Assembly (NCBI GenBank): GCA_041738755.1
Contig: JBGSPE010000005.1
Coordinates: forward strand, 207,872-271,871
DNA length: 64,000 nucleotides
Direction of reading: 5' to 3'
Source: Minisyncoccia bacterium
GTDB lineage: Bacteria; Patescibacteriota; Minisyncoccia; Phycocordibacterales; UBA918
Shown: positions 27,058 to 36,208 of the stretch, in pieces
Position numbering within the stretch: position 1 is the first letter of the stretch
How the letters are laid out: each line of letters opens with the position of its first letter
Notes under the pieces: generated by a model
Database searches by the model: none
The model's input: the letters and a program-made list of their open reading frames with translations, nothing else
What the model was told of the DNA's origin: nothing
Translations under genes and position numbers: made by a program

Positions 27058-28410
27058 ATGGAACGAACACTTATTGCAGATTTAAAAGAACATGTTGGAA
27101 GCGAAGTCTTAATTAACGGGGTCGTCAATGTTGCTCGACATCAGGGTAAGATGGCATTTTTCGACTTTAGAGACCGAACAAGCCTTATTCAAGGGGTTGT
27201 TTTTGGTAAACCTGAGGTACTTGAAGTAGCAAAAGAAATAGGTACCGAATATGCCGTAGCGGTAACCGGTATGGTAAATAAGCGCCCAGAAAAAATGGTG
27301 AACGCTGTAGCACCAAACGGTGATATTGAACTTGAAATCACTGGTATAGAAATACTCAATCAGTCTGAAGCGATGCCGTTTGATATGGACGCTGACTTCT
27401 CACTTGATGTACTCCTCGATAATCGACCACTGACCCTGAGGCGCCCACGAGAGCGAGCTATTTTTAAAATTCAACACACCATCATTACTGCCTATCGACA
27501 GTTTCTGGTGTCTGAAGGGTTTACTGAATTTCATGCCCCGAAGCTCGTAGGGGGTGACGCTGAAGGTGGGGCTGAGGTATTTAAGGTTGAGTACTTTGAT
27601 GGAAAAAGTGCCTATCTTGCAACTAGTCCACAGCTCTACAAGCAAATGATGGTAGGGGTATTTGAGCGAGTTTTCACTGCTGGTTCAATGTTCCGAGCTG
27701 AGAAAAGCGCCACCACGAGACACATGAGCGAGATTGCCATGCTCGATCTTGAAATGGGCTTTATCAAAGATCACACTGACGTCATTGCCTTGGTGACAAA
27801 ACTCATGCAATTCATCACCACAGAGGTCAGTGAACGATGCGCGGCTGAACTGAGCTACCTTGAGATGCCAGGTGCGTTAGCACCAGAAGCATTCCCCGTG
27901 ATGACCCTGCGAGAAGCACAAGAATTGATTAAAAAAGAAACGGGAGTTGATAAAACAAAAGAACCAGATCTTGAACCGGAAGATGAGCGATTCCTTTGTG
28001 AGTATGCTAATACACACTGGCAATCAGACTTTGTGTTTGTAACTCATTTCCCAACCAGCAAGCGGCCCTTCTATACCCACATTGACCCTGATCAACCTGA
28101 ATTTACCCGAAGTTTTGACCTCTTGTTCCGTGGCCTTGAAATGTGTTCAGGCGGACAGCGCGTTCACAAGTACGACGACTTAGTTGCTCGTATCAAGAGC
28201 AAAGGACTTGATCCTGATAAGTTTGAATTTTACCTCCAAGCCTTCAAGTATGGTATTCCACCACATGGAGGAATTGGAATGGGTCTAGAACGACTAACTA
28301 TGAAATACTCCGGGGTCAAAAACGTGAAAGAAGCCAGCCTCTTCCCGAGAGATATGAACCGTATTGACCTCTTATTATCAGAAGGAGAGAGTAGTGAAGC
28401 GGCCTCGTAA
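27058..28410 (+). CDS. aspS: Aspartate--tRNA ligase, short archaeal-type (probably non-discriminating)
   Basis: AEGGAEVF, SPQLYKQ, FRAE, PPHGGIGMGLERL; no GAD insertion (450 aa). Confidence 0.93.
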   Translation: MERTLIADLKEHVGSEVLINGVVNVARHQGKMAFFDFRDRTSLIQGVVFGKPEVLEVAKEIGTEYAVAVTGMVNKRPEKMVNAVAPNGDIELEITGIEILNQSEAMPFDMDADFSLDVLLDNRPLTLRRPRERAIFKIQHTIITAYRQFLVSEGFTEFHAPKLVGGDAEGGAEVFKVEYFDGKSAYLATSPQLYKQMMVGVFERVFTAGSMFRAEKSATTRHMSEIAMLDLEMGFIKDHTDVIALVTKLMQFITTEVSERCAAELSYLEMPGALAPEAFPVMTLREAQELIKKETGVDKTKEPDLEPEDERFLCEYANTHWQSDFVFVTHFPTSKRPFYTHIDPDQPEFTRSFDLLFRGLEMCSGGQRVHKYDDLVARIKSKGLDPDKFEFYLQAFKYGIPPHGGIGMGLERLTMKYSGVKNVKEASLFPRDMNRIDLLLSEGESSEAAS

Positions 28411-28423
28411 GAGAGTTGACGGT

Positions 28424-28458
28424 AAACCGGCCAAAACCCATGGGTTTTGGCCGGTTTT
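28424..28458 (+). terminator. Terminator after aspS
   Basis: Perfect palindrome AAACCGGCCAAAACCCA/TGGGTTTTGGCCGGTTT. Confidence 0.75.
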
Positions 28459-28500
28459 CGTAATCTGCTATACTTACGGTATTACAATAATATTAGGCTT

Positions 28501-28809
28501 ATGGGAGTTGAAGACTTTAAACAATTTGAAAATACTGAAACACTAAGCAAAGATGAAATGCTCGGTCTGTTTGACTCGCTTAAAAGTACCGATGGACCGG
28601 TTTGGAAAGAACTCTACAGAGCGTCTAATAACTTTGGTGGCCCTGACTCTATTCGGAACTTACTAGAATTCGTCGACGAAGATATGTCTAAAACCCAACA
28701 AAATCGAGTTGGAGAACTTTTAACATTACTAAACAACCCAGCTTTGACCTCAAAGGAAGATATTGAAGAAAAAGTTTACGAATTTATCTCACACTTTGAG
28801 CTTGTATAG
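28501..28809 (+). CDS. Hypothetical protein
   Basis: ATG 28501 after a TACAAT-like box; 102 aa, helical. Confidence 0.55.
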   Translation: MGVEDFKQFENTETLSKDEMLGLFDSLKSTDGPVWKELYRASNNFGGPDSIRNLLEFVDEDMSKTQQNRVGELLTLLNNPALTSKEDIEEKVYEFISHFELV

Positions 28810-28812
28810 TGT

Positions 28813-30243
28813 ATGAGTACTATCACCACCACACCAAAAGCTATTTCATCTGTACCAAAAAAATATTGCACGATTGTCTTGACTGAGGACAACGCTAACT
28901 GGCACCGCTTGGTTGAAACAACTGACGGACGACTTGAGTACCGACTTGGAGCAGGGAAGCAAAAAGAGTGGACTATGCGGACATTCCGCACCCTCGTGCG
29001 AACAGTCGTACAAGCAGCCAAAAATCATCAACTAGAAACAATTGCGCTAGAGATTAATCCAACAGTCTCACCAAAACTCAAAGAAGCTGGCGAAGCGTGG
29101 TTTTACCGTACCCTAGCCGAAAACCTTTCCCTCGCACAGTACGAGTTTCGTCGCTACAAAAGTAAAACAAAAACCACCAAAGACCTGAAAGAAATTCTCG
29201 TCTGCGGAATTGAGACTAAGGTCCAAAAAGACAGTTTTGCAACTGGCCTGATTGTTGCGGAAGCCGCCAACTATACCCGTGACGTCTGTAATACTTCAGC
29301 GGAGGAAATGACCCCTGAAAAACTCGCCAAAGCAGCTGTTGATGGACTCAAAGGGACAAAAGCCATTGTCAAAGTTCTCAAGCAAACGGAGATTGCTAAA
29401 GAAAAAATGGGACTCCTTGAAGCAGTAGGCAAGGGGGCAAAGGACGGCGCGCGATTTATCATCATTGAATATTGGGGGAGCGGGAAGTCAACTGGTAAAG
29501 GGACAACAAATCAACCAATCGTTTTGATTGGTAAGGGTATTACCTACGATACCGGGGGACTTAATGTAAAACCATCTGGTTCAATGCACGAAATGCACCT
29601 TGATATGTCTGGTGGTGGTTCAGTGATTGGCGCTATGCGCGCAATTGCGAAACTTGGTCTTAAAAAGAATGTCATTGGTCTGATTCCAGCGGCGGAGAAT
29701 TCTGTGTCTGCAAGTAGTATGCGAGCGGGTGATATCGCCACCTCAATGTCCGGTCAAACGGTAGAAATCTTACACACTGACGCTGAAGGACGCCTTGTCC
29801 TCGCTGACGCAATGACCTACGCGCAAAAATACTATAAGCCGAGCGTCATGATTGATATTGCTACCCTTACCGGGGCGGCTTTGGTAGCACTTGGACAACA
29901 AGCGTCTGTCATTATGACCAAAGACGAGACACTGCAAACTACCCTCACTAAGCTCGGGGAGGAAAGTGGTGATTGGGTGTGGCCACTACCACTGTGGGAT
30001 GAGTATAAAGCAACCCTCAAAAGCACCCGAGCTGACATCTCAAACATCGCCACCAACTTCGCTCGGTGGGGCGGTACGATTGAAGGTGGCACCTTCTTGT
30101 CATTTTTTGCCGACAAAGATGTGCCGTGGGTGCATATTGATATGGCGCCACGAATGGAAAGTATTGCGAGTGACAAGCTCGCCAAGGGTGCAACCGGAGA
30201 ACCGGTACGACTCCTCGTAAAATTCGTTGAAAATGGCGTATGA
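28813..30243 (+). CDS. pepA: Leucyl aminopeptidase (M17)
   Basis: GKGITYDTGG, DMSGG, HTDAEGRLVLAD, ATLTGA. Confidence 0.95.
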   Translation: MSTITTTPKAISSVPKKYCTIVLTEDNANWHRLVETTDGRLEYRLGAGKQKEWTMRTFRTLVRTVVQAAKNHQLETIALEINPTVSPKLKEAGEAWFYRTLAENLSLAQYEFRRYKSKTKTTKDLKEILVCGIETKVQKDSFATGLIVAEAANYTRDVCNTSAEEMTPEKLAKAAVDGLKGTKAIVKVLKQTEIAKEKMGLLEAVGKGAKDGARFIIIEYWGSGKSTGKGTTNQPIVLIGKGITYDTGGLNVKPSGSMHEMHLDMSGGGSVIGAMRAIAKLGLKKNVIGLIPAAENSVSASSMRAGDIATSMSGQTVEILHTDAEGRLVLADAMTYAQKYYKPSVMIDIATLTGAALVALGQQASVIMTKDETLQTTLTKLGEESGDWVWPLPLWDEYKATLKSTRADISNIATNFARWGGTIEGGTFLSFFADKDVPWVHIDMAPRMESIASDKLAKGATGEPVRLLVKFVENGV

Positions 30244-30869
30244 CAGTAGATGAGTATACTGAAGAGAAAATCCTTGAAGACTTGGACCGTCTGTCTTATC
30301 TGTATGGACTCAAGCGTGTCATGCGATACAATCAACAACGCGAAGAGCCACTCTATACAGAGTCGGTAGCTGAACACCTATATGGTATGAACTTACTAGC
30401 TCAGTACTTTTTACCTCTTGAAGATCCGGCAGGACTATTTAACCGGGCGCGCATATACGAAATGATTACCCTCCATGATATTGATGAAATTGAAACTGGT
30501 GATGTGCTTGGGTACACCAAAACAGACGCGATTCGAGAGCAGGAAGTAGTTGCTATGCGGATAGTAGCGGAAAAATCTCCTCAGCACATACAATCATTTA
30601 TAAAAGAGCGAGTTGAAGAGTATGAAGCAAAAGAAACCATAGAGGCGAAATTTGCCCGTGCTATCGATAAAATGGAGCCACTTGTGCACATCTATCACCC
30701 CATGGTTCGTGACATTTTACACATCAATCAAACAACCATTGAACAGTCACGGAGCATCAAGGACAAATATATCGCTGACTTTCCCTTTATTACAAAGTTC
30801 AATGAAACCGTTCACCAAAAACTCGACACGGACGGATTCTTTTGGACACCAGGTGTCACACTCCATTAA
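30240..30869 (+). CDS. HD-domain hydrolase (YfbR/HDDC2-like)
   Basis: ESVAEH, LHDIDE...GD, IDKME. Confidence 0.85.
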   Translation: MTVDEYTEEKILEDLDRLSYLYGLKRVMRYNQQREEPLYTESVAEHLYGMNLLAQYFLPLEDPAGLFNRARIYEMITLHDIDEIETGDVLGYTKTDAIREQEVVAMRIVAEKSPQHIQSFIKERVEEYEAKETIEAKFARAIDKMEPLVHIYHPMVRDILHINQTTIEQSRSIKDKYIADFPFITKFNETVHQKLDTDGFFWTPGVTLH

Positions 30870-30889
30870 GCGCATGCTACACTTATGTC

Positions 30890-31633
30890 ATGAGTGATGC
30901 TGTCACTAGTATTTTTTCTATCAAAACGGACACCTTTGAAGGTCCGCTTGAATTGTTAATTGAGCTCGTCGAGAAGCGAAAACTTTTGATTAATAGCATC
31001 AGCCTCGCCAGCGTAACTGATGAATACATGGCTCGAGTAAGTGCCATGCAAGAACAATCACTGCCACATACCGCGCAGTTTATTACCCTGGCTGCCACAC
31101 TCCTCCTTATTAAGAGTAAATCATTACTTCCAATCCTTGATCTCACTGATGAAGAAGAGGCAAGTATTGAAGACCTTAATGAACGACTCAAGCAGTACCA
31201 ACTGTTTCGTTCGATTGCGGTCGTTATTCAGAGCACCTACGGTCAAGCAGTGATGCATGAACCTGAGTACACACCACCAAGAGAGCCACTTTTTATCCCT
31301 GACACATTTACCACTGTCACTTCGCTAAAAGAGGCGATGGAGCGGGTGATCACCAATCTTCCAAAAGCAGCACCGGAAAAACCGACCGCTCGTGTCAGGC
31401 CGACTATCTCACTTGAAGAAATGATGGATAATTTAAAACGAAGGATTGAACAACAGATGAAGATGAGCTTTTTTGATATCAAACGGAGAGAACCAGAGCG
31501 TAAAAATGTGATTGTTGGATTCCTGGCAATCTTGGAACTTTTTAAACAAGGTGATGTATTAGTGACACAACTCACACGCTTTGCTGATATTGAAATGGAA
31601 TTAGAACGGAGCGAGATTCCTCGGTATTACTAA
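30890..31633 (+). CDS. scpA: Segregation and condensation protein A
   Basis: FEGPLELL, LLLIKSKSLLP, FLAILEL. Confidence 0.93.
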   Translation: MSDAVTSIFSIKTDTFEGPLELLIELVEKRKLLINSISLASVTDEYMARVSAMQEQSLPHTAQFITLAATLLLIKSKSLLPILDLTDEEEASIEDLNERLKQYQLFRSIAVVIQSTYGQAVMHEPEYTPPREPLFIPDTFTTVTSLKEAMERVITNLPKAAPEKPTARVRPTISLEEMMDNLKRRIEQQMKMSFFDIKRREPERKNVIVGFLAILELFKQGDVLVTQLTRFADIEMELERSEIPRYY

Positions 31634-31639
31634 GATATA

Positions 31640-31800
31640 AAAAAGACCGGTTGGTCTAGAGCTATCGTCATCCTACACACGTGCAGGGATAGCTTAAGAC
31701 CAACCGGCTATAAAGTGAGGGTACCCTTCACCAAGGAATTTGGAGAAGGCCCTTTGGGTCGCTGGACGATACTACCAGAAGATTAGTATCTGGCAAGTAA
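31640..31800 (-). ncRNA. Candidate small RNA (unit 3 of the scpA-scpB array)
   Basis: TTGACA at 31835-31830 with weak -10; long terminator hairpin 31647-31707 plus T-run on the minus strand. Confidence 0.45.
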
Positions 31801-31812
31801 ATTTTGCTTTAA

Positions 31813-31832
31813 ACAATATATTAATATATTGT
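31813..31832. promoter_or_regulatory. Perfect 20-bp palindrome overlapping a promoter (candidate operator)
   Basis: ACAATATATTAATATATTGT. Confidence 0.5.
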
Positions 31833-31837
31833 CAAAT

Positions 31838-32037
31838 TAAAAGGCCGGAGTCCCTGGGGTACACATGTAACACGTGGGGGGACTCCGGCCTTGGCTTTTT
31901 ACGAGGCTTAGCTCGGCTCACCGGTGGGGAATTGTTCCGACGAACGTACCCAATGGGAGACTAATGCGTTGGGAGGTCAATGAGCTATAACGAGTACTTT
32001 ATAGCCTGTCCTGCACTGTTCACCGCTGCATGTTCTG
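31838..32037 (-). ncRNA. Candidate small RNA (unit 2 of the scpA-scpB array)
   Basis: TTGACC-N17-TATTAT (32071-32043); terminator AAGGCCGGAGTCCC/GGGACTCCGGCCTTTT; no convincing ORF seen. Confidence 0.6.
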
Positions 32038-32141
32038 GACTTATAATAGCACTATTTATTCAATTGGTCAACAGAAGCCCTCTTTTATAGCAAAGAATAC
32101 TACTTGCACCTGGACTTAAGAGAAAATATGTATAGAGAAAG

Positions 32142-32178
32142 TAAAACCCCTGCCAACTCTTGAGAGAGTGGCAGGGGT
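32142..32178 (-). terminator. Terminator of unit 1
   Basis: ACCCCTGCCA...TGGCAGGGGT followed by TTTACTTT on the minus strand. Confidence 0.7.
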
Positions 32179-32253
32179 ATGAAGGTTTTTGATACCTACA
32201 AACAGTTATCGGCGTCTTTCGCCGGGTTCAGACTTTCGGCCGACCAGGATCGA

Positions 32254-32370
32254 TCAGATCGTGGCGGCGCCGGCGATCGCGGCAGGGATCGAGGTGTTGC
32301 TGTCGAGCGTTTCATCATAGGCCGGGGCAGCGGTCGTGCCGGGCGGCTGGAAGGTGCAGATGGTCTTCAT
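32254..32370 (-). CDS. Unannotated 38-aa peptide MKTICTFQPPGTTAAPAYDETLDSNTSIPAAIAGAATI
   Basis: TTGACA-N17-TAATAT promoter (32448-32420), GGGAGA SD, 33 of 38 codons end in G/C (hand count), own terminator. Confidence 0.65.
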   Translation of the reverse strand: MKTICTFQPPGTTAAPAYDETLDSNTSIPAAIAGAATI

Positions 32371-32531
32371 AGGATATTCTCCCAAAGAGTCTGAGAGCGA
32401 GAATGCTTCAGACCCCTAGATATTAGCATATGACACACAATATGTCAAGCGTCAAATGATGGTTTTTTGCAGGGGAGTAACTATGCACAAAAAACACACG
32501 AATTAAAGGTTTTTCGTGCTAAACTGCCGGT

Positions 32532-33053
32532 ATGCCATTGTCGGTCCTCATTGAAGCAGTGCTGTTTTATAAAGCCAGCCCACAAAAGAAATCTGTCTTG
32601 CAGAAGCTTTTTATGGCTGACGATGTAGTGTGGCATGAAGCCATTACCGAACTTAAAAGTCGACTAGAGTCAGGAGCTACCCGCCTGGTAGAAACTGATA
32701 CTGAATTATTGCTGGCCACTGCCCCAGAACTCTCAGAACTAATAGACTCACTCCGCAAGGAAGAACTTAAGGGTGATATCGGAAAAGCAGGGGCTGAAAC
32801 TCTGGCTATCGTTCTCTATAAAGAACCGGTATCGAGAGCAGAGATAGATCGTATCCGTGGTGTAAACTCTGCGTTTATCTTACGCAACCTCATGGTCAAG
32901 GGACTTATCAAGCGTGAAGCAGTGGGGAATAGTTTTCAATTTCATATCACTCCTGAGCTCTTGCAACACCTCGGTATTACAAATAAAATCAATCTCCCGC
33001 AGTACAGTGAATTCATGACTGCTCTTGAGACATTTAACCAAACTCCCGTATGA
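32532..33053 (+). CDS. scpB: Segregation and condensation protein B
   Basis: IEAVLF, ETLAIVLYKEPVSRAEIDRIRGVNS. Confidence 0.95.
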   Translation: MPLSVLIEAVLFYKASPQKKSVLQKLFMADDVVWHEAITELKSRLESGATRLVETDTELLLATAPELSELIDSLRKEELKGDIGKAGAETLAIVLYKEPVSRAEIDRIRGVNSAFILRNLMVKGLIKREAVGNSFQFHITPELLQHLGITNKINLPQYSEFMTALETFNQTPV

Positions 33054-34024
33054 TCAACTACGGAGATAAAACAGTTCATGAAAGGCGAGTTATTATTGTC
33101 TTTCAGCTTGGTGTGTTAGCGGTGATTCTGGGAGGGATTTTTAGTACGGTTATTTTTAACCCGACGGTAGCAAAAGAAGAGGAGTATGTGAACTTAAGTA
33201 GCGTACCAGCCAAACCAGCTGACAGCGCGGCGCTCTATGAAAGTCTCGCTGACATACAAGTGAGAGCGGAAGCGGCCTATGTATGGGATGTTAAAGGTAA
33301 ACAAGTACTGTATAGCAAAAATGCCGATACACCATTACCGCTAGCGTCTATTACCAAGCTCATGACAGCGCTCTTAAGCTTCGAACTTCTAGACGGAGAG
33401 ACAACCGGTATTGTGACTGAATCAGCCGTCAATCAAGAGGGGAGTTACCGTCTTGCTGCCGGAGATTCACTCACGCTTGACCAACTTAACAAACTCGCTC
33501 TGATTGCTTCTTCGAATGAAGCAGCTTACGCACTTGGAGCCAGTGTCGGAAGTGTATTGGGGGAGCAAGATGCCTACACACAGTTCGTGACCGCAATGAA
33601 TATTAGAGCGGAAGAACTCGGATTAGACACCCTCTCATTTAAAAACACTACCGGGCTTGATATTTCTCCTACTGAACCAGGAGCTGTCGGATCTGCGAAA
33701 GAAACATCATTACTGTTAGAATACATTCTTCGTGAACAGCCTGAAATCTTAGAACCAACCACACGCTCGGTAGCTCGAGTCTACAATCAAGACGGGAGTT
33801 TCTATGATGTCACAAATACTAATGACGCCCTCTATGCAATTCCTAATCTCCTGGCCTCTAAAACTGGGTACACTGACTTAGCAGGAGGCAACCTCACCAT
33901 TGCCTTTGATGCTGGTTTTGATAGACCAATTATCATTACGGTACTAGGCTCAACCCGAGATGGGCGATTTTCAGATGTCCTGCGACTCATGAATGCTATC
34001 AAAACTCATAGTGATGCCTTATGA
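33050..34024 (+). CDS. D-alanyl-D-alanine carboxypeptidase (S11)
   Basis: ASITK, SSN and KTG motifs; N-terminal TM. Confidence 0.9.
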   Translation: MINYGDKTVHERRVIIVFQLGVLAVILGGIFSTVIFNPTVAKEEEYVNLSSVPAKPADSAALYESLADIQVRAEAAYVWDVKGKQVLYSKNADTPLPLASITKLMTALLSFELLDGETTGIVTESAVNQEGSYRLAAGDSLTLDQLNKLALIASSNEAAYALGASVGSVLGEQDAYTQFVTAMNIRAEELGLDTLSFKNTTGLDISPTEPGAVGSAKETSLLLEYILREQPEILEPTTRSVARVYNQDGSFYDVTNTNDALYAIPNLLASKTGYTDLAGGNLTIAFDAGFDRPIIITVLGSTRDGRFSDVLRLMNAIKTHSDAL

Positions 34025-35079
34025 ACATCACCCTTTTAGACATTTTCTTACCGGGTATCGCCGCTTTTATTATCGGTGTTTTAATTACACCACTTCTCAC
34101 ACACTTCTTGTACAAATATAAAGTCTGGAAGAAACAAGGTGGCAAGACCGCCCTTGGTGGAAAGGTGGCAGAGACTTTCAATCTCCTCAAAGGAGAGGGT
34201 GAGACAAAAACTCCACGCATGGGTGGCATTGTTATCTGGGCTAGTACACTTATCACCTTGGTAGGGGGTTGGTTCTTAGCTATGATGTTTCCGCTCTCAA
34301 CCCTTCAGAGCTTTGATTTTCTTACCCGCTCACAAACACTTATTCCAACAACCGCACTCTTTGTTGGGGCAGTGATTGGATTTTTAAATGATTTCTACGA
34401 CGTAGCTCACGGCGGGAAAGGACTCCGACTATCAGTCCGTTTGGTTTTAATTAGTATTCTCTCCGGCGGGATTGGCTGGTGGTTTTATAACAAGCTCGGA
34501 GTAACAACCGTTGGTATTCCGTTTGATGGAGTACTCGAACTTGGTGTACTTATCATTCCGTTCTTCATCTTGCTTACTATCGCTATTTACGCCAGCGGTG
34601 TTATCGACGGTATCGACGGACTCTCAGGTGGTGTCTTTGCTGCCGTATTTGGAGCGTATGCAGGTATTGCTATCGTACAGATGCAGTATGACTTGGCCGC
34701 GTTTTGTGTAACAGTGGTCGGCGCAATTTTGGCCTTCTTGTGGTTTAACATACCGCCAGCGCGCTTCTGGATGACCGAAACCGGTTCAATGGCGCTTACA
34801 TTATCGCTTGCAACCGTAGTGTTCATGACCGACTCACTAGGGGAGGGAAATGGTATCGCACTTCTTCCGATTGTGGGGTTACCACTTATGGCTACGGTGC
34901 TTTCTAATGTAATTCAAATTGGCTACCGAAAAACTACCGGTAAGAAGTTTTTTCGAATTGCACCGCTTCACCATCACTTTGAAGCCATTGGGTGGCCGTC
35001 TTACAAAGTGACAATGCGCTACTGGATTATCAGTATCATTTGTGCCGTTATTGGCGTAACGATAGCCGCTATTGCATGA
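34021..35079 (+). CDS. mraY: Phospho-MurNAc-pentapeptide transferase
   Basis: TPRMGG, DGIDGL, APLHHHFE. Confidence 0.93.
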   Translation: MNITLLDIFLPGIAAFIIGVLITPLLTHFLYKYKVWKKQGGKTALGGKVAETFNLLKGEGETKTPRMGGIVIWASTLITLVGGWFLAMMFPLSTLQSFDFLTRSQTLIPTTALFVGAVIGFLNDFYDVAHGGKGLRLSVRLVLISILSGGIGWWFYNKLGVTTVGIPFDGVLELGVLIIPFFILLTIAIYASGVIDGIDGLSGGVFAAVFGAYAGIAIVQMQYDLAAFCVTVVGAILAFLWFNIPPARFWMTETGSMALTLSLATVVFMTDSLGEGNGIALLPIVGLPLMATVLSNVIQIGYRKTTGKKFFRIAPLHHHFEAIGWPSYKVTMRYWIISIICAVIGVTIAAIA

Positions 35080-36194
35080 GTAAAGCAGCGCCAAAATCAG
35101 TTGATACCATTCTCTTATCGATTATCGGTATTTTGGTAGGTGCTGGTTTTTTAATTTTCTCGTCTGCCTCACTCGGGCTCTTAGCTCGAGAAGGAGCGAG
35201 TTATAGCTCGGTTGCACTGAGTCAATTTTTGTTTGGGATTGTTGGTGGGGGAATTGCACTCTTTGTTACAAGTAATATCTACTATCGGCACTGGCGACGC
35301 TTTGCGTTCTATATTTTTATCGCTTCGCTCCTCGCTACCTTGGCAGTATTTATTCCTGGTCTTGGACTTACACACGCCGGAGCGACCCGCTGGATTGATA
35401 TCGGGTTTACCACGTTCCAGCCATCTGAGTTTTTAAAGATTGGGTTCGTAATTTATCTTGCGACCTGGTTTTCTGGTATGTATGGAAAAATTGAAGACTG
35501 GAGATATGGACTTGTACCGTTTGGAGTAGTCTCTGGTATTGCTGGATTTGTGATGTTGTTACAACCCGATACTGACACCTTCCTTATCATGGCTTCAGCC
35601 GGAATGGCGATGTTTTTAGCCGCTGGTGCTAAATGGCGTGATATTGGTTTTATTCTCCTGTGTGGGGTAGTTTTGCTTGCTACGGTAGCGTTTATGCGAC
35701 CATACGTAATGGACCGCCTGACAACATTTCTCGACCCGAGTGCTGACCCACTTGGAAGCGGGTACCAAATCCAGCAGTCCTTAATTGCCATTGGGTCAGG
35801 CGGGGTCTTTGGGCGAGGGTTTGGCCAGAGTGTACAAAAGTTTGATTATCTACCAGAACCAATTGGTGACTCAATCTTTGCCGTATACGCTGAAGAGTTT
35901 GGATTTCTTGGCAGCGTCATCCTCATAATTGCGCTGGTATCTTTAGCTCTGCGTGGATTCAAAACAGCCTCTCAAGCCGAAGATATTTTTGGAACACTTT
36001 TAGTGACTGGATTTATCACAATCATCATTGCACAGGCCTTTTTAAATATTGGAGCAATGATAGGTGTTGCTCCGGTTTCTGGCTTACCACTACCATTGAT
36101 TAGCCACGGGGGAACGGCACTCTTTTCCACCTTGGCCACGCTGGGGATTGTTTTAAATGTGTCAAAGTACAAAACTACGAAGCGTACTGCGTGA
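35076..36194 (+). CDS. ftsW: SEDS peptidoglycan polymerase FtsW
   Basis: GATRWI, FQPSEFLK, YLPEPIGDSIFA, PLISHGG; between mraY and murG. Confidence 0.92.
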   Translation: MSKAAPKSVDTILLSIIGILVGAGFLIFSSASLGLLAREGASYSSVALSQFLFGIVGGGIALFVTSNIYYRHWRRFAFYIFIASLLATLAVFIPGLGLTHAGATRWIDIGFTTFQPSEFLKIGFVIYLATWFSGMYGKIEDWRYGLVPFGVVSGIAGFVMLLQPDTDTFLIMASAGMAMFLAAGAKWRDIGFILLCGVVLLATVAFMRPYVMDRLTTFLDPSADPLGSGYQIQQSLIAIGSGGVFGRGFGQSVQKFDYLPEPIGDSIFAVYAEEFGFLGSVILIIALVSLALRGFKTASQAEDIFGTLLVTGFITIIIAQAFLNIGAMIGVAPVSGLPLPLISHGGTALFSTLATLGIVLNVSKYKTTKRTA

Positions 36195-36208
36195 TACACT
36201 AAAGCGGT

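Noticed and set aside
31740-31964. 74-aa plus-strand ORF
   Set aside because: Runs across promoter and terminator elements of the minus-strand units; no start context
32206-32370. TGA read-through (code 25) extending the peptide to 54 aa, or a tmRNA tag reading frame
   Set aside because: TGA terminates pepA, mraY and recR here; no tRNA-like tmRNA ends seen
32179-32394. 71-aa plus-strand Gly/Arg-rich ORF
   Set aside because: Antisense shadow; promoter, SD, GC3 bias and terminator all favour the minus-strand 38-aa ORF
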